From: the human T2T-CHM13v2.0 reference genome, Homo sapiens
Assembly: GCF_009914755.1 (NCBI RefSeq)
Contig: NC_060937.1
Length of the DNA: 64,000 nucleotides
Strand: one strand, 5' to 3'
Shown here piece by piece: positions 1 through 17,610 of the stretch. A program made the position numbers and the translations under genes. The notes under the pieces are model-generated. The model searched no databases, was not told the origin of the DNA, and was given only the letters and a program-made list of their open reading frames with translations. Within the stretch, counting starts at the first letter, position 1, and every line of letters starts with the position of its first letter.

Positions 1-419
1 ACAAAAGTATCCAATTTCTATTTCAATTATTTGGATGTATGGCATCTACTTTCTATCTCCCATGTTTTAAGACAAAATTATTCTCCAATACTAATGATAT
101 TTTTGTTTTGTTTCATTTTATTCTTGTTTACTTATTTTACTTATATGTTATAGTATCTAATTATCTTCAGAGAAAAAAAGTCTTCAGATAATCTTTGAAA
201 CTAAAATTATCTTTAAAGCGTCCTCCAAAAGACAATTGGCTATATTTTCTAATTCCAAACAAAACATTAATCCATTTAGTAACTTGAATTATATTGTGAG
301 TTCATCAGAAAGCCATTTTGTCTTAAAAAATATATATTTCATGGAAGCATCGTCAAGGTTTTTCTTGGCCAAATTATTTCAGTAACGTTTGATGGGGGAA
401 AACTTAGGAAATTCAATAA

Positions 420-768
<349 letters not shown>

Positions 769-3121
769 AGGACTCACTCTTTCTTGAGGAAAAACCTTTT
801 TCTCTAGAAGCTGCTTTTGCTAGTAAGTCATTGTCATCACCAGCTGTTTCTGTTTTTCCTAACTACAGACTGCAACAAATGCATTTCAGGTTAACTACTA
901 TTTCTAAGTAATTAAGTTCTTTCTATTGTAAATTATTAATAACTTTCAGCATAGATTCCATTTATTGAATGTGGTTTTAAATGTGTCACTTTAAGAATAG
1001 CTTGTCACATTTCAAACGAATAATGTCATAGCAGACCACCTTAAGGGTTATGGCAAGACCAAAGCAAGGAGGGAGCTTTGTTTATTTTGGTCTTATGAAC
1101 ATAAATGATTTAACCTTTTAGAAAGAGATCATTATTTGGTTCAATATTACACCCACTCACATTTACATCTGTTTTGGGTAATCTTATGCAAAGGATTACA
1201 CTCACAGGTTTTACTTTATGAATACAGGCAGACTGATTTTTAATATTTTTAGTTAGATATTTGATTTGGAGGAAGGAGTAACTGCAGAGTGTTCTTAATA
1301 AGCATCAGTTAAAAAAGAAATTATCTTTTCTGGAAAAATGGAGTGTGGTAAAAGGGAATGGTTATTATCCTCATTTCAAACTATTCCTAGAAATGTTTTA
1401 CCTGAATATTTTGGTCAGTTGGATTAAGGGGAAGAAAGGAATGTACCGAGACTTTGTCCAAGAGAAATAGGAGCCTGGTTATTTCATCCGGAAATGGAGT
1501 CATTTTACAGCCATTTAGGCCTCTAGACACAAAAGTGTTCTGCAGTCTGCATCTTTGTTCTCGGTGACAGGGCAGAACCCTGTGTTCAGCAGAAGGAGTG
1601 GGGGCTTCTGTAACTTGGCTCCCCGGAACAAAAAGAAGCCGTTCATGACTCAGAGTTTACATAATGCATGTAACTATCCAGTAGGTCTCTTCACTCTCAC
1701 TGAGTCGTGATATGTACTGAAATTACATGAAGCCCATTATCTCTTATAACAAGATGTTTAGATCACCTGCAATTTAGGATCATAAGTGCCATCTCAAAAA
1801 TATCATTTGGATTCAGTCAACATCAAAATATATCTATGCATTGATTCTTACAAAAAAAAATGTTGTGTTAAATCCACATTTTAGGACCTTTGGACCACTA
1901 ATGCTTTTTTCTTTTCTAACTTGGTATTCCTTCCATCTTACATTTATCCATTCATTCATTTATTCATTCATTCATTTAACAACTACTTATTGAACCCCTA
2001 TTCCCTGCATAGTTTTATGTTAATATTATAAGGCATTCAAAAGAAGTATGAGAAAAAGTATACTCCTATATCCTATCAAATATTTAAATGACACTTGACA
2101 AAATAAGATGGAGCACCAAAATGAGTGGGAAAAGGAGTTCAGAAGAAAAATGTGTCTGTGTGGACAGTAATGGTCTAAAGTAGCTTCATTTTAGAGTCAT
2201 CTTAAAGCAAAAATTGTCAATTAGCTCCCTTCCACAGCCTCCTTTTCAGCATCCCTGACTCCAGGTACCCACTGTCCTGATGTGATCCTTCTCCCATTCC
2301 TCCCTGAGTCACACATACATAAAGCACCAGGGAACCCCACTATGAACTTTTCCTCCCAGTTAGGCCTCATAAAGCCTTTTTCTCTCCTCTCCTTTTTCTA
2401 TAGCTCATCCAATCTTACCTAGACAGCAGAACAACTTCTATCCAGTTTTCTGCTAGGAAACTCATATATTAATTAAAGGTATAAATTTCCTACATATCAT
2501 ATGCTTTCAGGACTAATTCAAGGAGATGGCTTGGTGAAGATAATATTGAAAACCCCTTAGGCAGGGTGGCAGTATTAATATTTTTGACCAGAAGTTCAAC
2601 CTATGAATCCACATGTTGTGCCAATACAATAGGCCAGTACATGATGACAGCCTCTGTCTTAAATTGGCTTCCCTGAAAATGGGAAGAGATGAGGTGTTGA
2701 TTGGAATAGATCAGGTGTTGATTGCAAAACATTCACATGGAGAATGCTCTCAGAAGATAGACCTGTAAAAAAGTGAGGAATGCAGTTGGGAGCAGAGGAG
2801 CTAACCCTCAAAGCTGTTGCAATTGAGACCTCATCCAAACCTACAAGGAGCTCTAGGGCTGGGATGACCCCTCAAGAGGCCTCTTATTCCCATATCAGCC
2901 AGTCATTGACCATAAGCTGCCTTAGAGGGAGTGGTTCTTTGATTAAGGCGGCTCTCTGTGGCAGCAGGTTATTTCCAGTGAGAAACACTATGAGCTGAAA
3001 GCAGCCAATATGCCCAGCAGCTGGGGGATGGTGGAGGTGTTATTCCAAGAGAAGAGAGAATCTGAAAGTGGACCAAAGTACAAGTGCAAGGTAAGGAGAG
3101 CACCTGTTAATATGAAGTTGA

Positions 3122-3491
<370 letters not shown>

Positions 3492-6276
3492 TAGCTTACA
3501 TTTATATTCCATGATTAATAAACTAAGCTCAATGACTCAAGATGATTGTCCCAAACCTCTTAATAGGGCTCCTAGCTGATATTAACATCATGCAATGAAC
3601 TCTCTAGATAGCCCAAATGATGTCATCAGGTTCTGGATCATCCATTTTGAGGGACATAGTAAACATTTAATTTGAGGCTGCTATGTTATAACTGCAAGAA
3701 TACCAGCATACAATAAGTTCAGGCTTTTAACTTAAATTCCTGCTTTGTCAGCTCTCATGTGTTGAGAAGGAAATTATATTTTGAACTGAAATTCTACTCT
3801 TGTAATGAGGCAATAAGAAGTTTGGTTTTCTGAAATCTATACATTTACCTAGATGGAGGCAAAATAGCCCTCTGAATAACCATGGCTTTGCAAGTACTTA
3901 ATTCCTCAAGTAATTAAAGATGGAATTTCATACTTTCAATTTGGTACACAGTCTAAATTTTACTTTATCACACCATACTTCTAAATGGGAATCTCATGAA
4001 GAGAAAGAAGTCTTCATTTTAGAACAGGTAATTTAACATGGTGCTGCTTCATTTGAAATATTAGGACTCTATCTTCTACCAAAAATAACTGGTGTTGAAT
4101 TAAAAGCACATCCCACTGAGCCAAAAATTATATCTTCTAATTATCCAGTCTACATTTATGGTCATCTCAGTTGAGTCTCTAATCTGCTTAGACATGCTCT
4201 TTTTTGAATCATTGTACTTTTGATAGTTATTCAAAGTTGTTATTTGGGACTTTAACATCATTTTGAAATTTAACTTGAACCCCTCAAAATATCAGTTATA
4301 TCAAATCATGAGCTCTTTGGCTAACTTAATGCCTTTGGAATTGTAACTCAGGAGGTTGAAAAGCTATGGGGTCTGGCTGGATCCCCATAAGCATCACACA
4401 TAACAGTCATAAAAATTGACTTCATGCAAACGGTCTGATCATTCAATTAATTTAACTGGCAATAGTATTAAGGCTGTTGCTCATTCCCTGAAAAAGAATA
4501 AAAAACTTCCCAGTAACTAACCTCTAAAGGTATCTTTGATGACTCTTCCAGGAATGACGATTATACTCAGACAAATCTACACTATCATATCACAGTTAAA
4601 GGACTTGGCAAAATGCTTTATAAGACACAAACTGAATGCCACATGTCCTTGTATTACTTATTTATTTTGGGGGGCAAGTAGAGCTGCTTATGAGAATATT
4701 GCTAAACCTCATTAGCAGAAACTGATTCCTACAAGGTTGTGCATACAAACAAACATTCAGGAAAAATATGTAGTAAACGTTTTTATTAGTACTAAAAGGA
4801 AAATTAGAGGTTGGGTTTACATCTCTCTCCTACTGTAGATTGGACTGAAATCAAATCTACGATGGAGGTGGTGGGGGCATGTAGGAAAGATTAGATGGTA
4901 TGAAAATAATTTATTCTTCCCAGTTTAATTTGAAATACTAATAAAGACAGGCCCTTTTGTCTTTCCCTTTGAGCTTTTAAAAGGCAGGATGTTCATAACA
5001 ATGCTTAATACTTAAATAACACCTTTCTTCTTCAAAGAGTTTTAAATACAGTAACTACCTATTAAGATCTGTTCCAAGCAGGGCAGGAGAGCCCCTTAAC
5101 TTGAATCCAATTAAATTGTTGAATGTCACATGTTACAGTACAGTGACAGTGGAAAATAGGGAGAAAATAATTGCTCTACAATCACCCTGAACCATGGACA
5201 GTGAGTAACTGGTTAAAACCCTGAACCTTTTAATATCCTTTAAGATCTACTATATTTTTCAATAAAATTTAATGTTCCTTTCCCTTTATTACAAAACAAA
5301 TATATGTTCATTGCAAAAAACCCCTCAAAAATGAAAACAAAGAAAATATTTACTGAATTACGAATCAATTTTAAAGGTTGTGATAGTGACCTCATAACTT
5401 CTACCAGTTCAACCTCATAACTTTAATCAGTTCTTTGTTTTTAAAAAGTAAATTGAGTCACAGTGAAATATTGGAGGTTAAAAGCCAAAAGCAGTTTTAG
5501 CATAACTAGAGAAATGCAGGGAATCTATCAAGAAATGAGAACTAGCAAGAGACATTTAAATTATGCAACTTGCTTTTTAAAAAGTTGAAGTAATCTGTTC
5601 ATAAACAAGGTAATTTGGTTTCAATTTTAGCAGCCTAAATATTTACTAGAATGTGCTAACCAGATTTTGCTATTTTCTTCCTCTGAATCTTCCTTGTTCT
5701 TTATTCATGTATTTCTTCATTCAGCAACTATGAGCTGAGAATATGATGTGCGAACAGCCTTGTGCTGTGAGCAGAAGAGGTACAATAAAATAAAAGCCTG
5801 AGAATCCTGCTCCTATTCCCTGAGTTGGATTTATCTAATTTCTAACATTATAAGAAACTAATACCAATATATGAAGGACTTAAATAAGTACTAAGAAAAT
5901 AAAAACCTTTTAGGATCTCAGATTTCTCTTGTTTCATTTATAAATGTAACATTTCACAACAGATTCCAGATAAAGTTAATTTAAGGATTTGTTTTTCACA
6001 CTAGTTGAGCCTTTCTACTCTCTTGAGAAGCTAGTTACAATACCTCGTATATAATACTTTGTATAATGTAAGTTTTTCCTCTAAGAGAAAGTATTTAAAT
6101 GATGAGGTAGGAAAAAAAAATTCTTCAAGGGCATAATAGGTAAAGGTGTTCTAGTTCAATGAACTCCTTTGAAACAGGGAAGGCATTTTTCCCTCTTGTG
6201 TGCCTATAAGACTCCGTCTTTACCTGCAAGGATCAAATGGATATCACCCTTTCCAGGAACTTTCTAGGTCATGCTA

Positions 6277-6721
<445 letters not shown>

Positions 6722-6910
6722 CTAGATTATAAATACTTCGAGGGCTGTATCGCTTACATTTCATTGAATTTTCCCAAAGTGTCTCCCAATCCACTGTTGT
6801 TATGTAACTTCAGGGAGTTCCATTTCCCTAAAACCCAAAGAGGTTGCATTGCAGTAGCCCTGCTGATCTTCACAGTGATTACTGTATATTTCAGTACATG
6901 TTTTCTTTAG

Positions 6911-7321
<411 letters not shown>

Positions 7322-8622
7322 TAAAAATGGACACTTGTAAAATAGATGGAACAAGAGAGAGAAATTCTGCCAGGGATCCCTCAGTTTCAGACAGGCTCTA
7401 GATACCAAACAAGAGAGCTACCCTAAAGCTCCAGCCTTAGAAGAGGGTACCTGGGTAGGTAGAACCACTACACCAAGACAGGAGAATGATGAGAATTCAA
7501 GTCGTTTTACCCTAACAACAATCACTTTATTGTGTATCATGATGTTGTATGTCAGGATTTAGGTGGGTCATTCATCTGTCCCATGTAGAGTTGACAGAGA
7601 TCATTTGGTGGCAGTCTGCTGGCCAAGAGGCTGGTTTCGAGAGTCCAAGATGGCTTCCATTACTGACCTGTACATCGGTGGGGTGACTGGAAGGCTAGAC
7701 GCAGGTTTGGTATGCACCTATATGTGGCCTTCACAGCATCATGGTCCAGTAAGACTTTACCATGGCAACTTAGAGCTCCAGGGAGTAGTCCAAGAGCTCA
7801 AGTGCTTTCTGATGACTTAAAATCCTGTCCTTTGCTTTATCCTCTCAAATTGTTACTTGATTAAATAAAATTCTTAGGAAAAATGTTTTATGTTTAGTAA
7901 GAACATTCTTACTATTACTCTACTTTTAAAAAAAAAAGTACTGTTTTTATTTTTGATATCGTAAAGATCATACATTCACAGTCATTTGGAAATGCAAGCA
8001 ATATATAAAATTACATGACACATAGTAAAAGTCATCTTAAATCCTACCACAGTTAGTTATTGGAGGCTATAGTAAACATTGTTTAGGCAGCTGTATATGT
8101 GTATAAATATATATATATACACATACATACATATATGAATGACTTTTATAAGTGAGACATTAATTTATATGCTATTTTATAACCGTTTTTCACTTAACGA
8201 TATGTCATGGTGCTCTTTTGGTGCCAATCAAGGTAGACAAACAGCATCCTTTTTAATATTCATATATTACTATGTAATATAAAATAATTTATCTAATCAA
8301 TCTCCTATTTGCAGATATAAGACGTAATTTCTTTTAATGAAATATTTTTGGGCATCAAGTATTTCAGAGAAAACCCAGTCAAAATACAGCCATTTATTTT
8401 ATTTTATCAAATAAGTTACATGGCTAAAGTGTGATGAGGTTTTAAGTAAGTTTAGGGATGGAGAAGCCAGATAGAATAGTCTGTTTTAGTCAAATAGGCA
8501 ACCAAATAATAGGCAGTTCTTTAGTTTGTTTTCTGCTATACTAACGTAGGTTAACTAATACCCTAGACATTGATGAGGCAAAATAACTATCAGTCAACGT
8601 TTGCATTATACTGTGAAACCTG

Positions 8623-8737
8623 ACAGAGGGAATGAGAGGGAGAAGAGGAGGAGGATAAAGAGAAGAAGAAGGAGGAAGAGGGGAAAAGGAGAGAAGGAAG
8701 GAAAGAAAGGAGGGAAGAAGGAAGAAAGGAAGGGGGG
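8623..8737 (+). repeat. Purine-rich (GA) low-complexity tract
   Basis: Near-continuous GGA/GAA/GGAA runs. Confidence 0.8.
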
Positions 8738-10398
8738 TCTGTCAGAATCTGAGTGCTAAAATTTTTTTTAATTTAAAAAAAAGAAAGGAAGGAAGGGTAA
8801 CTTAAATGAATCAGTGTTTCATTTTCATCTAGTTACAAGAAATAGGGAAGTAAAAAGTTCAGGGTTGGTCAGCAGCTCCACAATGGGGTCAGGACTCAGA
8901 CTCCTTGTATCTTTTCACTCAACCATCCTACGTTGCACATCATCTTGTGGCCCCAGTGTGGCCACTTCACATCCCAACATTGTGTCCATGTTCCAGATAG
9001 GAAGGGGAAGGTGAAAGGGAAAAGGACAAAAATGCGCAAACCAGCTAAATCAGTACTCCTTCTAAGAGGTCTTCCTGGAAGGCCTATCCAGTAATTTCTG
9101 TTCACAGCTCAGAGCTGGGTGACAAGGTTGCCCTTATTTGCAAGAAGACTGGGAAATATAGGTTTTTGTTTTGCTTTGTTTTGTTTTTATGGCTCGTATG
9201 TAAGAAGGGGAAAATGCATATGGGGTGGCAACTATCTCTGCCACATTAATTAACATAGGACATTTCTTATAATATGTAGGTGCATATACATGTTTATATT
9301 CCCAAGAAATTTGACCTAAGAGAAGAAAAGGTAAAATGAGTAACACTCTTATTTAACTAAGAAGTCTGAATCTACAAGAGATTCATTTTAAAATAAGTCT
9401 GTGAGAATTCTCAATGAAAAGAGAATTTCTTCATTTTCAGTTCAAGTTAACTACCTGAGATGTAGGTGGGAAGAAAACTACAATGAATAGAAATAGCCAC
9501 CGTCCTTGAGGATTTCAGTGTAGTGATGTCAACATTTGAACAAATAATTATAATTTCATACAAAAAAATCTCTATTGCACTGAGAAATGTATAAAGGACT
9601 GTGGAAAGAGTGGGCAGGCTTTGGGAAGGCATAAATGTGGAGGAGTCTACTTGTGCTCTAGGCTTAACAGATAAGAAAAAACGTACCAAGGAAATGAAAT
9701 AAGAGAAGGACTTTTCAGAGCAATGGAGCAGTAAAGTGCAATCACGTGCTGACTAGTGCCTTTAAAACGTTGTACAAGAGGTACATGTGTAGCCCAGGTT
9801 TCTCAGAGTTTGGTCTATGAGTCATATACACTACAAGTATGATGCTCCACCTCCAGTGATTCCAATTCAGTTGAAGCAATAATACCTAACAAACTCTTCA
9901 GAATTGGCACGCACACCAAAGTTTGAGAACCCAGGGTTTAACCTGATGAAAAGAGAAAATGGGTCAAAGAGACTCTGTCCAGCACTCTGTCAATACCTTC
10001 TTTCATTCCTGTCTTATGCTTGTCTAACTATATTGCTACAAATATGGTCTAACTATATTTCTGAGTTATGTTGATTTTTTTCCTTCATATGCTTCTCTTG
10101 GACACTTCCTCACTGAGGTCCTGGTTCTGATCCATAATCATACCCTTTAATTTAACCCTATCCTAAGGAGCTAACTTGGGCAGAACAATACCAAGATGTT
10201 GAGGCCCTAGTCCTAGAATTTTAGACTTCTTTTAGTATGATAGACCCCTTTAGCTATCTAGTAAAGCCCATGGACCCCACTTCTAAAAATAATGTTTTTA
10301 TGTGCATAAAATGAAATACACAAAACAAAATAAAACAATTATATTGACATACAGTTAACATTTTTTAAAAAGAAATGTGCTTCTTTACTAATGCTCTA

Positions 10399-10774
<376 letters not shown>

Positions 10775-11258
10775 GTATTAAATAGTAGTATTTGACAAAG
10801 TAACAGGTATGCCATATTGAACATGAAGGCACATGTTTTGTTTTTTCCTTCCAAGTTCATAGGCCTTCTGAAAGCATATGGGTCTCTGTGGACCCCACAT
10901 TAAGAACCCCAACAAGGAGATCATCTAATAGAGAGGTCCGCAAGTGGGGCAATGCTGTCCCCTGTGGTGCATTTGAGAAATGTGAGGGGGTAATTTCGAT
11001 AATCAAAATAACTGAGGAGATGCTATTGGCCATTAGAGGCCATGAGGTATAGAGTACCTCCCAAATCTATCAGCTCTGAATTATCAGCTTAACTAAATTC
11101 TTCAATAAAGTATGAGTTGATGGAAGAGAGAGATATTTCTTATTATGCTGAATCTACCTCAATTATTCTCTTGTTAAAGAGGAAACAAGAAGTTACTTAA
11201 AGCATAAAATTAACTGGAAATCCAATAAAGTATTTTATATCCTTTTCCTGATCAATAA

Positions 11259-11750
<492 letters not shown>

Positions 11751-12572
11751 CTAAAGATAATTGATTCAAATGCTTACTTTTTGTTACTTTTGCATTGTAG
11801 AGACAAACTACATGCAAAAAGAGTGAAAACAAATCTTGTCTTCCATTACATAATTTTATAAATACTTAAATTTTTAAAATTCTTACAGACAAAATGTCTC
11901 TTCTTAGAAACAAAGTATTTTTTCCTTATAATTTTAATTAGCCCCTTACTGGAAAAAAGTTATTGTATTTGCCTTTTCTTCACACCAGATAGGTTACTTT
12001 TAAAAATGCCCCTTTCCCAAATAAGGTATTGGATTTGGAAAGAAAGGTTTCAAACTAACTAGTTTGAAATCCTCTGAGATTCAGTGGAGTTAAAGCCCTG
12101 GTTATAATAGACAATCTACATTCAAAGCACAGGCAGTCCCCAAGTTGCAAATGGGTTATATTCCAAAAGTTAATTTGAAAGTCTGCTGTTTAGAACTTGT
12201 AGAGATATTTTGCCACGGAAACAAAGTTCTAAATGACAGTTGAATTTCTAGGCTAGCCCACAAAAGTCTATCTAACCCATAATGTGTCTGAATCCAATTG
12301 CTTCAAGGAGAGGTTTGTAACAGAACATAATAGTTTACTGACAGGCTGATTGGTGGCCCACTTTATCAGTATCTCTCAATTTAGCGTTGTTGGCTTGTCG
12401 TTTTAATATTTCTTCATTTTATTCCCTAAAGATATATTAGTCGAATAATAATACTTTTCTTTAAAAAGTACTTATTTCATTTCTCATAGTTGTGTAAATT
12501 ATTTTAGGTCTTTATCTTAAAGCAAGGAATAAATAGATATCCTTTTTTTCCTGTGATAAAAATCAATTTCCT

Positions 12573-12915
<343 letters not shown>

Positions 12916-13407
12916 TTATACAAAGTTAAAATTCCTTTTCTAATGGCAGTAATCTATAAAGATTTTTTTTCCTGTTTGTTTTGTTTTAATGTGTTGCTTA
13001 TTTAAAATGCCTTTGATAACAACTGTGGCTTGACAAGTAATAATGAAAAGGGACTGTAAACAACAATATCAAATCTTTCCCACTTTTGCCATTTTACTCC
13101 TCTGACTCCTGATTAAAAATAAGTGGTTCCAAAATTTCTCATGTGCCAATCAAAGTTCTCCTCAATTTAGGCCAAACTTCTTTTTTTGCCCTGTATCTCC
13201 ATGCCTTCCATCACAAACGTTTGTGCTGGCTCATTTCTTACCCCCAGGCATACTTGGCATTTTCTCACTTTCATACCTTTGTTAGCTATATTTCCTGTAA
13301 GAGTGCTCTACTCTGATCATTCTATTTGAAGCCTATTCTTCAAGGTTCATTTTAAATTTCACCTCTTCTGAGCTAACATGAAATAACGGAATGAATGTGT
13401 TAAGAGT

Positions 13408-13890
13408 TGTTAAAGACAAAGTTATCGAATAATATTTGTCAAAGTATGATAAGGAGGATTTTATTCAGCATGATCATAATAGGTAGAGGGACCACTGCAA
13501 TGGGGCCTTGTAGCCAGGGAGAGAGATTGGGCACAATTCCCAGTAGAGCATGGGCAAGTAAGAATTTGGAGCCACAGAGCAGTGTGGGGGTCAGCAGGTG
13601 TGCCTTGACTTTTAAAAACTTTATAGATAACATCAGGGGTAAGAGTGATTCTGGCTAAACTGACCTAACAGGATTCTTGCTGAAGACAGGCCAGAGTGTT
13701 TAGACGTCACCCAAGAGATGAGAAACTTGATCAGATATCAAGGATGATCAGCTATCGAGAATAGGAGTTCTTGCTAAAGTCAATTAGCAGGGTTCTTTGC
13801 TAAAACAGAATTTTACAAGGAAGTGCACAGAGGGGCTTAGCAGAAGACCCAGAAGTCTGACTAAGGCTTGGCCCCAAAGACGCTTTGTCG
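13408..13890 (-). mobile_element. MER31 (ERV1) solo LTR
   Basis: tgttaaagac...gggaccactgcaatggggcc...ctggctaaactgacctaacaggattcttgc...ctttgtc matches the recalled MER31 consensus in reverse. Confidence 0.75.
13595..13630 (+). repeat. 36-bp direct copy of 16634-16669 embedded in a MER31 LTR
   Basis: caggtgtgccttgacttttaaaaactttatagataa vs cagatgtgccttgatttttaaaaactttatagataa (34/36). Confidence 0.9.
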
Positions 13891-14548
13891 GAGTCATACA
13901 GGCCTAAGTATGAATCCCAGCTCTGTCACTTTCTTAGCTGTACATATGTGAATGTAAGTTTAACCACTCACAGCAATGTTTCTCGTCTAAAGAGTGAGAC
14001 TAATGGTACTTTGATCACAATGTTGTTTTGAACATTAAATAAAATCAGTTAAAATTTAAAAGCACAATGGCTATCTTCGATCATCTCATAGCAACTGATT
14101 GCTTGTCTTTGAGCTCTATGGCAAATGTTAGCTGAGCTTTTCATGTCAAATGTTATATCACTGAATATATTTTTGCATGAATGTATTTTGTCTCCATAAC
14201 CAGGTATTTTAAGTCTCTCTGGTTAAAATCTATTAGTCAAAGTCCTGGCTAGGACTTCAGAAATTAGAAACCATGCTACGTATTTCAGACAGAGGAATTT
14301 CATTTAAGAAATTAGTCACATAGATGTTGGAAGACTGAAAGAGCAAATGAGGGATGCTGGAAAAGGTGGCTATCACCTGCAGGGCAGCAGGGCCAGGGGA
14401 CCAAATGGGAAAATCTAGGAGTATGAAGGAGAGGGGCCCTCATATAGTTAGCACTCAGGTCTTGAGGGAGATGTCCTGTGGTTGGTACTTATGCTGACAA
14501 GAGGGCGTGGCTGACTGGTCCTGGTAGCCTTGAAGAAATGTGGCACTG

Positions 14549-14865
14549 TTTTTTGTTTTTGTTTGTTTGTTTGTTTTTTGAGATGGATTCTCGCTCTGTC
14601 ACCCAGGCTGGAGTGCAGCAGCATGATCTCGGCTCACAACAACCTCTGCCTCCTGGGTTCAAGCAATTCTCTGCCTTAGCCTCCCCAGTAGCTGGGATTA
14701 TAGGTGCCCCCAACCCCCACAACGCCTGTCTAATTTTTTTGTATTTTTAGTAGAGACGGAGTTTCACCATCTTGGCCAAGATGGTCTTGAACTCCTAACC
14801 TCGTGATCCACCTGCCTTGGCCTCCTAGAGTGCAGGGATTACAGGCTGAGCCACTGCGCCTGGCC
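14549..14865 (-). mobile_element. AluS
   Basis: Full antisense Alu; TSD gcactgtttttt. Confidence 0.9.
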
Positions 14866-15133
14866 AGCACTGTTTTTTTACCCTAGAATTTGAGCATGTT
14901 TCAGCACATCTGCAGAACTGGCAGAACAAAGGAAGAAAAAATTCATCCTAAGTGAAGAAAGCTATGAAAAGTTTGCTTCAAGATCAATTGCCCAAGGTTA
15001 GAGGAAAAGACTTCATGGAACCATGTTATCTATCCCATGAACTCATGCCTGAGTCCTAGAGCAGCAAACAAATAATATAACTAAATGCTTCACTGTGATG
15101 TACACGGGACTTTTGGAACTGAAGACAATATCA

Positions 15134-15505
<372 letters not shown>

Positions 15506-15636
15506 TCAGGGTTTGGTAGCCTCAGCACAAACAGCATTGCAGTTGGGGAGCATTGTTGCCTTTGGAAGCAGTAAGAGAAAACAATTCAATGAGCCAGAGG
15601 AGGAAGACGGTGACTGGGGACTGTTTCTTAAAGTGT

Positions 15637-15673
15637 TCCTTCCCTAAAAGCAAAGGAAACAAGGCATAGAATA
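15637..15673 (+). repeat. 37-bp inverted repeat, left arm
   Basis: tccttccctaaaagcaaaggaaacaaggcatagaata; 35/37 identical to the reverse complement of 18544-18580. Confidence 0.9.
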
Positions 15674-15770
15674 CAAAGCAAATCCCTGGGAGTTCTTAGG
15701 ATCTTCTGAAAGAAATCTGAATGTGGATAGGGAAACGTATGAATACTCTTTAAGACTTTTACTACAACCC

Positions 15771-15832
15771 TTTTTTTTTTTTTTTTTTGAGATGGAGTCT
15801 CACTCTGTCGCCCAGGCTGGAGTGCAGTGGCA
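15771..15832 (-). mobile_element. Extremely 5'-truncated Alu (~44 bp + poly(A))
   Basis: T18-gagatggagtctcactctgtcgcccaggctggagtgcagtggca flanked by duplicated tacaaccct. Confidence 0.88.
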
Positions 15833-15894
15833 TACAACCCTATTTTTACTCTTAGTCTCGTGTAGCTTGGGAAAACGGGCTATATTTGAATATC

Positions 15895-16270
15895 TTTTTT
15901 TGTTTGTTTTTGTTTTTCTTTTCCTTGTTTTTTTCTTTTTTTCTTTTCTTCTTTATTTTTTTGTTTTTGTTTTTGTTTTTGTTTTTTTGGAAACAGGGTC
16001 TTGCTCTGTCACCCAGGCTGAAGTGCAGTGGCGGAATCTCAGCTCACTGCAACCTCTGCCTCCCGGGTTCAGGCAATTCTCGTGCCTCAGTTCCCTGAGT
16101 AGCTGAGATTACAGGCAGGCGCCACCAGGCTGGGATAATTTTTGTATTTTTAGTAGAGACAGGGTTTCACCACGTTGGCTGGACTGGTCTCAAACTCCTG
16201 GCCTAAAGTGATCCGCTCACCTTGGCCTCTCATAGTGCTGGGATTACAGGCATAAGCCACCAAGCCCGGC
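15895..16270 (-). mobile_element. AluS with a long degenerate (T)n/(TTTTTG)n tail
   Basis: ~95-bp T-rich tail followed by the Alu body. Confidence 0.9.
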
Positions 16271-16359
16271 AAATTTCTTTTGTTTTAAGCTATTAGCTTC
16301 TTTAATTTGAAGCTGAATATTTATTTGGTAAAGTCATAGTTTATTATTTTTAAATGAAA

Positions 16360-16503
16360 ATAAGCACTCCAAGAGACTCTGATGAGGGTAGTCCATGGGT
16401 CATAATTTGAGCATCTTAGAGCAACCAGCTCAAACAAGAGTCAACTTTCACAAATAAGAATGTTTTTCCTCTCTGTAACATAGAGTTAAACTAGAGTTGG
16501 CTC
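16360..16503 (+). repeat. 144-bp inverted repeat, left arm
   Basis: Reverse complement of 17611-17754, 141/144 identical by manual alignment. Confidence 0.95.
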
Positions 16504-17610
16504 TTTATTTTACCTTCTTTTAGTAATGCTAAGTATTATTAGTAATTAATTTTGACTTTTGTTCTTTTTCGGTATAATAATTCTGGGTTTATGTCTTATA
16601 TGTACAGTGTAAAGAAAAAATAAAAGCCAAGTTCAGATGTGCCTTGATTTTTAAAAACTTTATAGATAAAAATTTAAAATCAGTAAAATTGGTATTTTAT
16701 TTCATTAAAAGTCTTCTATTTATAAATGATTTTCCTAGTGTTTCCCATTACTATATGTCATTGTCTTTATCTCAGAGATGCCTGCTTCAATTTTACATTA
16801 TATTTTAAAATAATAAAGGCAACTTGATCTTTACTTTACCTACCATGAATAGATTGTTGATTTGTCTGATAGTCATAAAATGTGATTTGGTTTAAATATT
16901 TACCTCTGAAATTTGAGGACGATCTTTCTTAAGTTTGGTGAATTGTAGCTGGATTTAGAGTATCTGAATTTTCATTTCCTAACTTATTTAAATTTTATTT
17001 TTATTTTGTCCAGATTAAAGTCTTATTGTTATCTTGGTAAAGTAGTGCTCTGGTTTTGAAATTTGATTTTTTTGAGGGAAAATAAAAGCCAGGCAGTTGG
17101 GGAGTGTTTTTAGAATTCCAAGTCATCCTGTGCCTCATTATTCTTATAGATGCCTATCTCCTTCTTCTGTCTTTAAAATTGATTCATATGTCATCTGGTT
17201 ATGCTGGATAATGATCGTGGTGTGTTCAACCCCAGGGCTATTATCAAAGCATCCTAAAGTGGTAAAAAAAACATCAAAGAGCTGTTGACAGTCCAAAAGA
17301 GAAATATAGAAACTTTATTTTTTCAACCTAGAGAAAATCCTTATAATCTGTCTATTATTGTATAGCCCCTTCAGATCCGGAAGCTATTCAAGAAGTCCTG
17401 GCCAGTAACCAGATAAGTCTTTTCCCTTTGGAAGTAACTGTCCCCAGTGGCATTGCTTTGAAACCATATCATTAACATTGACAAATTTGGACTATTAGGA
17501 TTATCATTTTGTGATTAGGGAATTCCTTGGTCTTTCCTAATTGCCTTCTCTATAGAGAATAAATAATATAAATGACATGGACCATAGATGACCAGTTTTC
17601 CTGAACACTT

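Noticed and set aside
3540-4800. Possible very ancient LINE (RTE/L4-like) remnant
   Set aside because: Too degenerate to support by eye; needs an nhmmer/Dfam search.
16990-17045. Possible 23-nt microexon (ttttgtccag|attaaagtcttattgttatcttg|gtaaag)
   Set aside because: Lies upstream of the promoter with no linked exons, is not frame-preserving, and such motifs are common in AT-rich DNA.
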